IMG/VR virus record: IMGVR_UViG_3300035181_001402
Span: 62,001 to 126,000 of that record
Length of the DNA stretch: 64,000 nt
Source: an uncultured virus (IMG/VR IMGVR_UViG_3300035181_001402)
Lineage: Duplodnaviria > Heunggongvirae > Uroviricota > Caudoviricetes
Strand: one strand, 5' to 3'
Positions 47,897-56,874 of the stretch are shown here, one piece after another. The notes beneath the pieces are model-generated. The model was given only the letters and a program-made list of their open reading frames with translations. It had not been told where the DNA came from and made no database searches. The translations under genes were made by a program, and so were the position numbers. Each line of letters begins with the position of its first letter. Within the stretch, counting starts at the first letter, position 1.

Positions 47897-48703
47897 ATGG
47901 ACAAGGACGCATTCGTTCGACTGCTTCGCGGCATGCTCCCGCACATCTACGTCAATGCGGAGGAAGGGGCTTTGCTCCGCATCTTGAATGGGATGAAGGC
48001 GGCGGATACGACAGACCCCGAGAACCACACGAGGATCGAGGTGTTCAACTCCGAACGCGGTCTTGTTCCTCTGCGCGAGTATCTTGCGCAAGGGGTGCGA
48101 CCCCCGGTCCGCTTGGTGCCGGTCCGCTTTCGAAAGTTCTTTCTTTCGCTCCCCCAGTCCGACGACTTCCGTCGGATCTACATCATCCTCGACGGAGATC
48201 GCTGGCTTCAGGACCCGGAAGCTCATCGCCACATTCGGGACAAGGCGAGCCGGCGCACCTTGGATCCGTGCGACACGCACACTTTGGTCTTCGTGGGCAG
48301 CTCCAAGGGAATCCCCGAGGACCTCGCGGACATCGTGCATGTCGTTCCGGAGCGGTTCGTCGAGGACCTGGAGAGCATTCAGACGCACCTGGACACCTTG
48401 GACAAGATGTTTCAAGAGATGGCGCCCCAGTCGAATAGCAGCACCGCGCAAGTTCAGGGCATGAAGTACAACGCTCCTGGCATCGCCAACGAGTTGGTTG
48501 GTCTGAGCCTGACGCAAATCGATGGTGTGATTGCTCAATGCATCCTCGACTGCGCAAAGTCGACGGCCCTTGTGCAGATCCTTCCGGTCGAGCTGGTCCG
48601 GTTTCATCGCTACCGGCTCTTCAGGGCTCAAGCCCCTCGACCGACACCCCCACCATGCACTGAGCTGGACAGCATGGGGCGGTGTAGTCCCGCCCCATGC
48701 TAG
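47897..48703 (+). CDS. Hypothetical protein resembling the inactive N-terminal domain of Ycf46-type AAA ATPases
   Basis: IYV..EE, IYIILD, IPEDL, LVGLSLTQI; no Walker A. Confidence 0.5.
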   Translation: MDKDAFVRLLRGMLPHIYVNAEEGALLRILNGMKAADTTDPENHTRIEVFNSERGLVPLREYLAQGVRPPVRLVPVRFRKFFLSLPQSDDFRRIYIILDGDRWLQDPEAHRHIRDKASRRTLDPCDTHTLVFVGSSKGIPEDLADIVHVVPERFVEDLESIQTHLDTLDKMFQEMAPQSNSSTAQVQGMKYNAPGIANELVGLSLTQIDGVIAQCILDCAKSTALVQILPVELVRFHRYRLFRAQAPRPTPPPCTELDSMGRCSPAPC

Positions 48704-49134
48704 ACATGTCCTCTCCCGAGTCCTTCATCAAGGGCCTCAGCATCCTCAACAACCTCAAGGACCTTGTCGTCGAGAACTCGACGAAGAAGGGCTTCCGTGA
48801 GAAGCTCATGGAGGGCTTGACGGCAACTCAGATCGCGGGCCCGATCGGCATCCTCATCCGAGCTGCCGTGATGACGATGAACGAGGTCGGCGAGCTGGCC
48901 GAGTTTTGGGAATCGTTTCGGGATGGGACTCTCTTCTCGGAGTGCGATAAGGCCGAGAAGATGCGCTCGATGGGGCTACCCGTTCTCACGAGCGCCGAAG
49001 AAGAAGTCGCGGACTCCTTCATTCGGACTCTCGATCGGGCCGAAGCCTTCAACGTCGATGTGGCGAAGGCTGTCGCCGTGAAGATGCTGATGAACGCAGG
49101 GCGCGCGCATCTTCACGGCGGGAAGCGGGCCTAG
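48697..49134 (+). CDS. MazG-like nucleotide pyrophosphohydrolase
   Basis: EVGELAE, EEEVADSFIRTLD, K...N.GR.HLHGGK. Confidence 0.75.
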   Translation: MLDMSSPESFIKGLSILNNLKDLVVENSTKKGFREKLMEGLTATQIAGPIGILIRAAVMTMNEVGELAEFWESFRDGTLFSECDKAEKMRSMGLPVLTSAEEEVADSFIRTLDRAEAFNVDVAKAVAVKMLMNAGRAHLHGGKRA

Positions 49135-49817
49135 AAGCAGGTCCCCTCGATGAACCATCCGCCGACCTTGCTCTCTGCCGTGCAGATGCTTCCGTGCTTG
49201 CAGAAGCCGAGGTCGGCCGGGTCACCCGAGCAGAGGAGCTTCCTCATCGGGTCGTTCCACTTCCCCTGGTAGAGCTTGTACCCGTTTGGGGAAGTATCCC
49301 CCGACCCGTAGCACCCGAGCACCGTGTAGTACCCGCCGCCAGGCTGCGGAACAGCACAGACGACGGGCACATGGGGCAGGCAGACTTCGTCGAGGCAGAC
49401 TCCGTCGGGACAGAGATCCCCATCCGTCGCGCAGAATCCGCCACCCGAAGACGAAGACGCCGAAACGGAGGTCGACGAGCTGGTATCGCTCGTCCCTCCG
49501 TCCATCCCACCCGTCGTCCCCATCTCACCCCCAGCTCCGCCGAGTCCAGACGTCCCTCCCGTGCCGCCCGTACCGGACGAGGTCTCGCTGGAGCCGCCCG
49601 TACCCGAGGAGCTGGAGCTGGACGACACGGAGACCGTGGTTCCACCTTCGCCGCCCGTGCCGGAGCTGGAGGAAGCCGAGGAGCTGGATGAAGTCGTCGA
49701 AGACGAGCTGGAGGCCGTCGAAGACGAGCTGGAGGTGGTGTCGGGCCACGGGACCGTGTAGTCCGTGCCGCAACCGAGGACAAAACCAGAGAGTATGACC
49801 AGAACGGTGTGCTTCAT
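49131..49817 (-). CDS. Lipoprotein with Ser/Gly/Thr linker and Cys-rich C-terminal domain
   Basis: MKHTVLVILSGFVLGC lipobox; SSSSGTGG repeats; class I promoter. Confidence 0.8.
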   Translation of the reverse strand: MKHTVLVILSGFVLGCGTDYTVPWPDTTSSSSSTASSSSSTTSSSSSASSSSGTGGEGGTTVSVSSSSSSSGTGGSSETSSGTGGTGGTSGLGGAGGEMGTTGGMDGGTSDTSSSTSVSASSSSGGGFCATDGDLCPDGVCLDEVCLPHVPVVCAVPQPGGGYYTVLGCYGSGDTSPNGYKLYQGKWNDPMRKLLCSGDPADLGFCKHGSICTAESKVGGWFIEGTCF

Positions 49818-49872
49818 GTAGCCTCTACAGTCCGACCTGGATTCGGATCAACTGGTGTAAGTAAAAAAAGCC

Positions 49873-50355
49873 ATGCCCAAGCTCGACAAGAAACTCCGCC
49901 TGGAAGTCGCACAGACTGTGCTCGATGGAGGATCCGTCCTCTTTCTCACTCCGAACTCAGAAATGACTGACCGGGTTGCAGACCTCTTCAGGAAGGCGTT
50001 CGTGGAGAACGCCATGGAGGTGAAGGGCTGCGCGGAACTCACCGCCCGCAAGCTCATGAAGCCGGAAGGCGCAAATCCGAGCTATGTCCAGCTCGCGAAG
50101 GGCCCCGGCCACGCCTTCTTCCACCCGAACCAGGACATGACCGCCGACGAAGAAATCGGGAATCCGACCTTCGTTTACTGGCCGACCGAGGGCGGGGACT
50201 ACCAGAAGGTGCCCTACAACACATGGAAGAGGGAGCGGCGGGCTCACCTCTGGCGGCCGGTTCACCTGAAGGGGCAGCTCCTCTGGGAGGACACGCCGGC
50301 TGTTGTCGCGGGCCCGTTGAATGCTTGGGCCAAGATCCTGGAGGATGACCTGTGA
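49873..50355 (+). CDS. Hypothetical protein with W-tag
   Basis: Ends LNAWAKILEDDL. Confidence 0.7.
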   Translation: MPKLDKKLRLEVAQTVLDGGSVLFLTPNSEMTDRVADLFRKAFVENAMEVKGCAELTARKLMKPEGANPSYVQLAKGPGHAFFHPNQDMTADEEIGNPTFVYWPTEGGDYQKVPYNTWKRERRAHLWRPVHLKGQLLWEDTPAVVAGPLNAWAKILEDDL

Positions 50356-50594
50356 CCCCAAGCGAGATGCGGCTGGCGGGCATCCTCCTGGAGATGGCGG
50401 CCGACGAGTTCGGCAATCACGGCTGCAACGACTTCAAGTTGCCACCGATGCCGGAGACAGCCGTGCGCGACCTCCTCACGGAGTACTACGCCCCGGATCC
50501 GATCCCTGACCTTCAAAAAAAGAGCCCCATCCTCAACGACGCGATCCTCATGTCGTTGATGGCCAAGAAGCTTCTGGTGTATGCCGGGCCATGA
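50352..50594 (+). CDS. Phage hypothetical protein (LxxAADEFxNHGCND motif)
   Basis: LLEMAADEFGNHGCNDF. Confidence 0.7.
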   Translation: MTPSEMRLAGILLEMAADEFGNHGCNDFKLPPMPETAVRDLLTEYYAPDPIPDLQKKSPILNDAILMSLMAKKLLVYAGP

Positions 50595-51016
50595 GCACGA
50601 CGGCTTGGGACCTGATCCTCAACGACTTCGATGAGATCGAAGAACGGATCACGGCGGCCTGCCTCGCCTGCAAAGCCCGCGGCATCATCGTCCAGTCCGG
50701 CGACTGGGGCGTCACCTATGACGAAGACTCCCACGTGTGGGTACAAGGCACACCATGGAGATCGAACCCAGGACTTCCTGTGAATCTCCTCGGCGCCTTG
50801 ATTCTCAACGAGAATCAAGGCGCCGAGACCTACATCTACGAAATGCGGGTTAGGTATGCTCCCACCGCCACGGTAAGCAGGCTCCTCGGCGTCGGGGTCG
50901 CCGGGACTATCTCATTCTTCGCGGGGTGCGATGCAGCTAGATTCCCTTCCGAGGGAACCCGGACTGCCTATGACCTCGGACAGCGGTTGGCAACAGAGAT
51001 TTCGCATCCTCTGTGA
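50591..51016 (+). CDS. Hypothetical protein with N-terminal W-tag
   Basis: MSTTAWDLILNDFDEI. Confidence 0.7.
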   Translation: MSTTAWDLILNDFDEIEERITAACLACKARGIIVQSGDWGVTYDEDSHVWVQGTPWRSNPGLPVNLLGALILNENQGAETYIYEMRVRYAPTATVSRLLGVGVAGTISFFAGCDAARFPSEGTRTAYDLGQRLATEISHPL

Positions 51017-51059
51017 AATCTCTGAATGTCCGGGATAATTTCTGGTGTACTACGGAAGT

Positions 51060-51353
51060 ATGACCGACCTCACTTCGATTCCGACCGCGACCGCAACTGC
51101 AACCCCGAAGCGCACCAAGCGCTCGGCCAAGAAGACCGTGGCCAAGAAGACCGTGGACACCACCATCAACGCCGTGGCTGCGTGGGCGACCACCAAGGCC
51201 AAGGCCAAGAAGGGTGACCGCGCCATGTTCGAAGCCGCCGCCGGCTTACTCAACCAGCTCGCCAGCGCTCAGGCTGCGCTCCTCGCGAACCTCAGCCCCA
51301 GCGTGCTGAAGGCCGTCAAGGACCGCCTCGCTTCGCTCCCCTACGGGAAGTGA
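51060..51353 (+). CDS. Small basic Lys/Ala-rich (histone-like) protein
   Basis: KRTKRSAKKTVAKKTV; GGTGTA 10 nt upstream. Confidence 0.7.
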   Translation: MTDLTSIPTATATATPKRTKRSAKKTVAKKTVDTTINAVAAWATTKAKAKKGDRAMFEAAAGLLNQLASAQAALLANLSPSVLKAVKDRLASLPYGK

Positions 51354-51357
51354 ACGC

Positions 51358-51396
51358 AAAAAAGCCCCCGGAGCATCTCGCTCCGGGGGCTTTTTT
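51358..51396. terminator. Bidirectional intrinsic terminator
   Basis: aaaaaa-gcccccggagc-atctc-gctccgggggc-tttttt between convergent genes. Confidence 0.9.
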
Positions 51397-51400
51397 CGTT

Positions 51401-52249
51401 TCAGCCGGCCTTCTTCCAGCCATCCTCAGTCAGCGTGACCCGGAAGGTCCCCCGCGGGTTGTCCTTCGAGGTCCCGTTGTCCCTCTCGTTCAGCCAGAAC
51501 CGGATGCCCAGCCCCGGCTTCTGGTGAAGAAGCCAGACGAAGCAGACCCCGCCACCATTCTCCAGCTCGCGAGAGACGACCATCGGACGACCGTCGCGGT
51601 GGACCAGGATGCGCTCATCCGCGTCCTTGATGCGACGGAGGTTGTTGACCGTGCAGTTCGAGTTCCTCGTGCAACCCGCCCGCTTCGCCGAGTGAATGAC
51701 CGCCGTACCGACGACCGTGTAGTACTTCCCGTCGTGACGGAGAGTATCGATGAAGGGGTGCTTCAACCCCTTCGCGAAACGGTCTGCCGTTTCCTCCAGA
51801 GCCACCTGAAGGCCATCCTTCAGGGCAGCCGGAGCGGCATCGTTCACGTCCTCCAAAAGGAGGTCCATGTCCGCCGGATCGAGCGCGAGATTCACGCCCG
51901 GGTTCGAGGGCGGAGTCTTCTCCTCCTTCCCCTGAAGGAAGTTCCGAAGAGCCTCTTCCGTCTTGGAACGGACAGCCTCCGGAAGCTTGAGCGCCTCGAT
52001 CGGAACCTCCTTGTGAAGATCCAGAACCGGCGCCTGTTCCGTGACGGGGAAGAGCCTGGATAGTATCGTCCAGGCGTGGCGGTTCGTCTCCGCCGGGTAC
52101 TGCTTGCCCATCGGCTCCGACATCAGCCGCTCCAGGAACTTGGTCCGCACCGCGTCCACCTTGTCGGGCCGGAGAGCGCCCTCCGAAGCGAGAACCGCCG
52201 TGAGGGTCTGGAGTAGAAACGAGTTCGAGCCTTCCTTGATCTTCGCCAT
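51401..52249 (-). CDS. Hypothetical protein
   Basis: MAKIKEGSN...; strong codon bias. Confidence 0.7.
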   Translation of the reverse strand: MAKIKEGSNSFLLQTLTAVLASEGALRPDKVDAVRTKFLERLMSEPMGKQYPAETNRHAWTILSRLFPVTEQAPVLDLHKEVPIEALKLPEAVRSKTEEALRNFLQGKEEKTPPSNPGVNLALDPADMDLLLEDVNDAAPAALKDGLQVALEETADRFAKGLKHPFIDTLRHDGKYYTVVGTAVIHSAKRAGCTRNSNCTVNNLRRIKDADERILVHRDGRPMVVSRELENGGGVCFVWLLHQKPGLGIRFWLNERDNGTSKDNPRGTFRVTLTEDGWKKAG

Positions 52250-52375
52250 GACACACCTCTGTGTGAGTGTTTCGACCCTCGGTCCTCCACTGAGGACTCC
52301 GAGGGAGACAGAGACTCCTCTGAGCCCCGGTCGTATACCCACTCTACACCAGAGATATCGTGTCTCGGACAGAAA

Positions 52376-52738
52376 TCAGAAGTCTTCGTCTTCTTTCATC
52401 AGACGCTCATGCCACGTCCGAACACTCGGCACCGAAGACGGCCCATAGTGCTTATAGTCGATGTGGCTCACGAATTTGCGAATGAGCTGGGGTTGCCCCA
52501 TCGCCCATCGAGCGGGATACAGAACATTGAGCCCTTGGACTTCATGGGTGTGAGGCCGGCTATACCCGTCTCGGAAGCAGACAGTCATTTCAGACTGAGC
52601 ACTGTTTGGGGGTGAATAGACATGCACCTCTTGAACATGCTCGTCGCTTCTCAAGACTGATTGAAAGTGACGGAAACGAGTGAACTCCTCGGAGTTCGAG
52701 GTGGGGAATCTCAGATCCCAAATAACCAGGTCAGGCAT
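52376..52738 (-). CDS. Hypothetical protein with W-tag
   Basis: Ends RTWHERLMKEDEDF. Confidence 0.65.
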   Translation of the reverse strand: MPDLVIWDLRFPTSNSEEFTRFRHFQSVLRSDEHVQEVHVYSPPNSAQSEMTVCFRDGYSRPHTHEVQGLNVLYPARWAMGQPQLIRKFVSHIDYKHYGPSSVPSVRTWHERLMKEDEDF

Positions 52739-52739
52739 A

Positions 52740-53129
52740 TCAATCCTCCAGGATGGCATCCCAGGCCGTGGGATGCTTCAAAGGCGACCATTCCAAACAG
52801 AAGTCATCCCAAGACGAAATCCTGAATTGTTTCGAGTCGTCCCGGCGGTAAGACAGCCAGCCCTTTTTGATGGTCACGACGGAGACCATATTTCGGAAGT
52901 GTGTGGGATCCTTGTCCACGAACACCGCGTCATGGTGTACCCAATGAGGGACCAGCGTGCCCCCTTCTCTCGGTTTGAACGGGGCCCAGCCAAGCTCGAT
53001 CTTCTCGAATGAGGTGTCTACGGATTCGCCCACCGCCAGAAGCCAGATACCATCCGCAGAAAGAGCGACCACTTCAGCCCAGTAGGCGGGTCCTTCAAGC
53101 TCCAGCCAATCCCCAATTTCGTAGGCCAT
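52740..53129 (-). CDS. Hypothetical protein with W-tag
   Basis: MAYEIGDW...; ends PTAWDAILED. Confidence 0.7.
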   Translation of the reverse strand: MAYEIGDWLELEGPAYWAEVVALSADGIWLLAVGESVDTSFEKIELGWAPFKPREGGTLVPHWVHHDAVFVDKDPTHFRNMVSVVTIKKGWLSYRRDDSKQFRISSWDDFCLEWSPLKHPTAWDAILED

Positions 53130-53146
53130 CCCCAAGAGATTACACC

Positions 53147-53473
53147 ATGAAGTGGAACGTCGACAAAGCCCTGACGGAATTGGCGAAGTGGGCAAGCGAT
53201 CGGGACACCTTGGCGGGCATCTCGCAGGTCTACGTGGACGCTTCGAGGGCGACAGAGGTTGGGGTGCATCCGACCCCGCCCGAGACGCAGCGGGGTGTCT
53301 GCTTCGTCTGGAAGGTATATCTCCTCGCCGGGATGAACATCCACAGCTTCTACGGCCGGACGATCCAGGAGGCCTACCACAAGGCTCGCCGGATGCTGAG
53401 GCCGCCGGTCGGCAAGTCGACCAAGAAGAAGGTTGATCGGTTCAAACGCCGTCGTGTAGGACACGAGCAATGA
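53147..53473 (+). CDS. Hypothetical protein
   Basis: MKWNVDKAL... Confidence 0.65.
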   Translation: MKWNVDKALTELAKWASDRDTLAGISQVYVDASRATEVGVHPTPPETQRGVCFVWKVYLLAGMNIHSFYGRTIQEAYHKARRMLRPPVGKSTKKKVDRFKRRRVGHEQ

Positions 53474-53707
53474 GCGAACCCGAAACGAAAGCCGAAAAAG
53501 AACCCGCTTGCATGGCCATTTCGTGGGCCATCAACCCCTACATCGTCACCCTTGCGGTCCGGGGGGATGGTGGTGTACGTCACAAAAAGCGTGGGGACCC
53601 ACGCTCACCACAAGTACATCGGGACCTTCGGAGCCCCCGACGAAACAGCGGAGATGGAACATCTCCGCGGCTTCCGGGATCTGATCCAGAGGAAGTTCGC
53701 GAAATGA
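53470..53707 (+). pseudogene. Hypothetical gene frameshifted at G6 run 53561-53566
   Basis: Removing one G gives ..VRGMVVYVTKSVG..RKFAK* with an ATGA overlap into 53704. Confidence 0.5.
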
Positions 53708-53907
53708 AAGAGAAAAAGCCCCCCATCTCTCTGAAGGCTGTCCGCAAGGCGTGCAGCTTGCCGGAGAACGTCGCAAGCGTCGCCTGGTGGAGCAACATGT
53801 TCCACGTCTGGTGGTACAAGCCTATCGACGTCAGGAAGGCACAGGAGCGTCTGAACAAGCTCCTGGACGACAAGGGAGTGCATGATGGGCGTTGCCCTAC
53901 GCTCTGA
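53704..53907 (+). CDS. Hypothetical protein
   Basis: MKEKKPPISLKAVRKA... Confidence 0.55.
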   Translation: MKEKKPPISLKAVRKACSLPENVASVAWWSNMFHVWWYKPIDVRKAQERLNKLLDDKGVHDGRCPTL

Positions 53908-54153
53908 GTACCCTTGTTGGGGATCGTCCCGCCTTCACGGTCGACGACGTCTACACGCCTCCCATGCACATCCTGGAGTAAGAATCTTGGGTACGCGAGC
54001 CTGAATCCCTATATGGTCAAGACTCGCGTACGTCGTCCGGTGGACCTTCCCAGTAATGGGTGAGCTACGATGCTCTTGAGCCATTCGACCGCGGAATCAA
54101 CAGCGGGCAAACCCGGCGGGCGTGGTGGAAAGCCACGCCACTTTTACTTTTAG

Positions 54154-54474
54154 ATGAGCGCATGTATGTCTTCTCCGACCTCCGAACGCGTCCTCGCCCG
54201 ATTTCTCCAGGCCTCTGAAGCCATCCCCAAGGGGACGCAGTTCGAGGTTGTGATGAAGCACGGGGATTGGTGGTCCGAGATGCGCAAAGGCAGCATCTTG
54301 GTTGCTCAGGACGCTGGGACCTTCGGAGCCCCCTTGACCTTCAAGGAGCGAGGGGACAGCCACGGGAGCGGGTTCCCCATGACCCCGACGAAGGTCAAAG
54401 ACAAGATCCGCTTGGTGGGCAAGCCCTACGGCGGGAAGCCCCGCGACCTCACCGTCACCATGAAGACCCCCTAG
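54154..54474 (+). CDS. Hypothetical protein with N-terminal ERVLARF motif
   Basis: MSSPTSERVLARFLQAS. Confidence 0.7.
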   Translation: MSACMSSPTSERVLARFLQASEAIPKGTQFEVVMKHGDWWSEMRKGSILVAQDAGTFGAPLTFKERGDSHGSGFPMTPTKVKDKIRLVGKPYGGKPRDLTVTMKTP

Positions 54475-54731
54475 AAGTCTTCGTCGAGCCTCTCCCACCA
54501 CGTTGGGTACGTGGGCTCAGGCCCAAGCGAGGGATCCCGAGCAGGATACCTACAGGTTGGGAGCTGCATTGAACCTATCTCAAATGGGAAGTAGGTTCTT
54601 TGCCATTTCGAACAGCGCTTGCAGATATAAACACCCGACAAGTGTCCAATTAGATTTGGGCGCGAATCTATGTGCTTCGTTCTGGTAGGATCCGACTCAA
54701 ATAGGTGACCGGCGTTATACGTCGTCGCCAT
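54471..54731 (-). CDS. Hypothetical protein with W-tag (start uncertain)
   Basis: CKRC; ends PTWWERLDEDF. Confidence 0.55.
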   Translation of the reverse strand: MATTYNAGHLFESDPTRTKHIDSRPNLIGHLSGVYICKRCSKWQRTYFPFEIGSMQLPTCRYPARDPSLGPEPTYPTWWERLDEDF

Positions 54732-55107
54732 CGAGATGCTCCCAGACCGTAGGGTTTGAAGCGTTCTCGGCCAATCGTTTTGCCTGCTCGCGGTCTCGCT
54801 CTGACAGCACTTCGCCAAGCAGGCTGTTCAGAGTGTGGGTGTCCCGCAGTTCTCGTGCTTGGGCGCGATGATCGACCACCTCTGCGCGGGCTACATCCCT
54901 CTGTCGAATGACCTTCCGAAGAATCTCGACTGACGTTTCATCGGAGTCATCGGCATATCCCGAGAGAATGCTCCGAAGCTGTGCGAGAACACGCTGGTCC
55001 TCCGTCTCTTGTCGCCGCTCGCGAACGAGGGTAATGAGCTTCGGGGCCCCGAATGCTATCGAGATGAAAAGCACTGCAAGGCTAAGGAAGGCAATGAAAG
55101 AGATCAT
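54715..55107 (-). CDS. Membrane-anchored coiled-coil protein with W-tag
   Basis: N-terminal TM; ends PTVWEHLDGDDV. Confidence 0.7.
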   Translation of the reverse strand: MISFIAFLSLAVLFISIAFGAPKLITLVRERRQETEDQRVLAQLRSILSGYADDSDETSVEILRKVIRQRDVARAEVVDHRAQARELRDTHTLNSLLGEVLSERDREQAKRLAENASNPTVWEHLDGDDV

Positions 55108-55502
55108 CCGATTTCCTCTTCATCCGAGAGCAGGGCCGCAGCTCCCGCCGGCTGTGCAGCTTTCGGCAGGGGTGCGAAGATAAGACCGTTACCCCACGAA
55201 AGCATCCCTTCGAAAGGGGCACAAGCCGAGGTAGAGAACCAGGAGGCCTTCAACGCCTTCAACACATCCTCGGTATCTCGCAGAACATGCGAAGCAACGT
55301 TGCCTTCAACATCAGGGCGCATCGGCAGTTCTTTGCTTCTCTGAACCTTCAACGCGAGGTGGGAAGAGAACTCATTCCTGTTGAGTGGGGAACTATTGGG
55401 TTTCGCGGACCCGACAGTGTACCCAAGCTCGACGAGCTTGGAGATGATGGCTTGAGCGTGATCACCACAGAGCAGGGTCACCCAAATGAACACGGTGTAC
55501 AT
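55104..55502 (-). CDS. Hypothetical protein
   Basis: MYTVFIWVTLL...; ends ALLSDEEEIG. Confidence 0.6.
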   Translation of the reverse strand: MYTVFIWVTLLCGDHAQAIISKLVELGYTVGSAKPNSSPLNRNEFSSHLALKVQRSKELPMRPDVEGNVASHVLRDTEDVLKALKASWFSTSACAPFEGMLSWGNGLIFAPLPKAAQPAGAAALLSDEEEIG

Positions 55503-55633
55503 GTCAACCGATCTCCTCTTCATCCGAGAGCAGTGAGTAGGGGCACCCAGAGCTGCGCGTAGCCTCCAAAAGATGAAGGGCTGTCCCACAAGCGGGACAG
55601 CCCTTCATTACACCTCAACCCGCGCGAACCTGC

Positions 55634-56860
55634 CTACCAGTCGGAGCCGCCACCGCTGGAGTCCGAGCTGGAGGACGAATCCGAGCTGGAGGTGTCCGAG
55701 CTACCCGAGTCGTAGCTCGGGGGGTCGTAAGTGGGCGCCTCGAACGAGCTGCCCCGCCCTCCGACCGCGGAGGGCGGGGCAGCTGGCTCCGGAGTCGAGG
55801 ACCAGTTCGAGGAGCCCCCACCCGCATCGTAGCTCGAAGAACCCCCCGTGCTGGGCTCGTAGCTCGGCGTGGGCTCGTAGCTGTGACGGTGGGTCGGAAC
55901 CTCCCGCTCGATGTACACGTCACGCTCGATGACGCGGTCGTGGTTCCGGTTCAGGGACTCGCCGATGAGCATACCCGTGAGCAGGTCGTTGCCGTTCGAG
56001 CCGTAGTTGCCCCCGTACCCACCGCCACCGTTGTTGATGATCGTCGTGGAACTCGATGCAGCGGGAGCCGGAGCCGGCTGGACGTAGGTGGAAGCGGGGA
56101 CCCGGCGAGGGATGTGAGTGCTCACCACGTTGTAGTCACCCCGACCGATGCCGCCCGTCGTCGCCCTGGCGGACCCTGCTGAGGCACTGGCCGTCGCCGT
56201 GGACTTCCGAACACCCTCGGCCCATGCCTCGTTGTTGATGTTCTGCGAGCGCATCTCCTGAGCTTCCTCACGGGTCTCGTTCAGCACGGCCTGGTAGCGG
56301 GCCTGATCCGCCTGCGACTTGCGGTACAGGTAGATGGCGAACCAGACGAGCGAGCCGACACCGAGGAAGATGAGAGCCCAGCCGCCGAAGCCGAGGCCTT
56401 CATGCACGACGATCGGGGGCGGGGGAGCAAGAGTCCCGCTGGTCGTCCGAGTCGAGACATCCGCACGGGCTCCGATGGCTGTGAGGCCTCCGACCCAGTT
56501 CTTCTCGCGGAAGGCAGGATTGCCCGCGGCGAAGATCGAGTCCTGATCGAGGGCTTTCACCGGGACGCCGACACCGAACCGGACGATCGTCGAGTGGTGA
56601 TCCGGATCGAGCGCGATGACGATGACGTTGGGCGAGTCCACCCAGGCTTTGGCCGCGCTGACGAGCGCTTCCTTGGCGGGCGAGACCCGGATGAGTACGT
56701 GGGTCTCGAAGGACCAGCTCGACCCTCTGGCCTGGAGGGTCGCGACGTCGGCCGACGAGAGCAGATGCGCGTCATCTCTGACGACGACTCGTCCAGCCAT
56801 GGCGGACAGGGCCCAGAAGAAGACGGCGAATGCGAGAGGGAATGCTGAGAGTTTTTTCAT
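55634..56860 (-). CDS. TPM-domain-like membrane protein with Gly/Ser-rich tail
   Basis: Signal peptide, VRDDAHLLS, FREKNWVGGL, TM, ..GGGSDW end; class I promoter. Confidence 0.75.
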   Translation of the reverse strand: MKKLSAFPLAFAVFFWALSAMAGRVVVRDDAHLLSSADVATLQARGSSWSFETHVLIRVSPAKEALVSAAKAWVDSPNVIVIALDPDHHSTIVRFGVGVPVKALDQDSIFAAGNPAFREKNWVGGLTAIGARADVSTRTTSGTLAPPPPIVVHEGLGFGGWALIFLGVGSLVWFAIYLYRKSQADQARYQAVLNETREEAQEMRSQNINNEAWAEGVRKSTATASASAGSARATTGGIGRGDYNVVSTHIPRRVPASTYVQPAPAPAASSSTTIINNGGGGYGGNYGSNGNDLLTGMLIGESLNRNHDRVIERDVYIEREVPTHRHSYEPTPSYEPSTGGSSSYDAGGGSSNWSSTPEPAAPPSAVGGRGSSFEAPTYDPPSYDSGSSDTSSSDSSSSSDSSGGGSDW

Positions 56861-56874
56861 GTCTCCTCTACAGG

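Noticed and set aside
49480..49740. CRISPR-like or DNA-level repeat (gacgagctggagg units)
   Set aside because: Coding low-complexity Ser/Thr/Gly linker; no constant repeat-spacer periodicity.
54100..54140. c-di-GMP-I riboswitch (GGGCAAACCC...GAAA)
   Set aside because: Only partial resemblance; the conserved GACGCAAAGC segment and second stem are missing.
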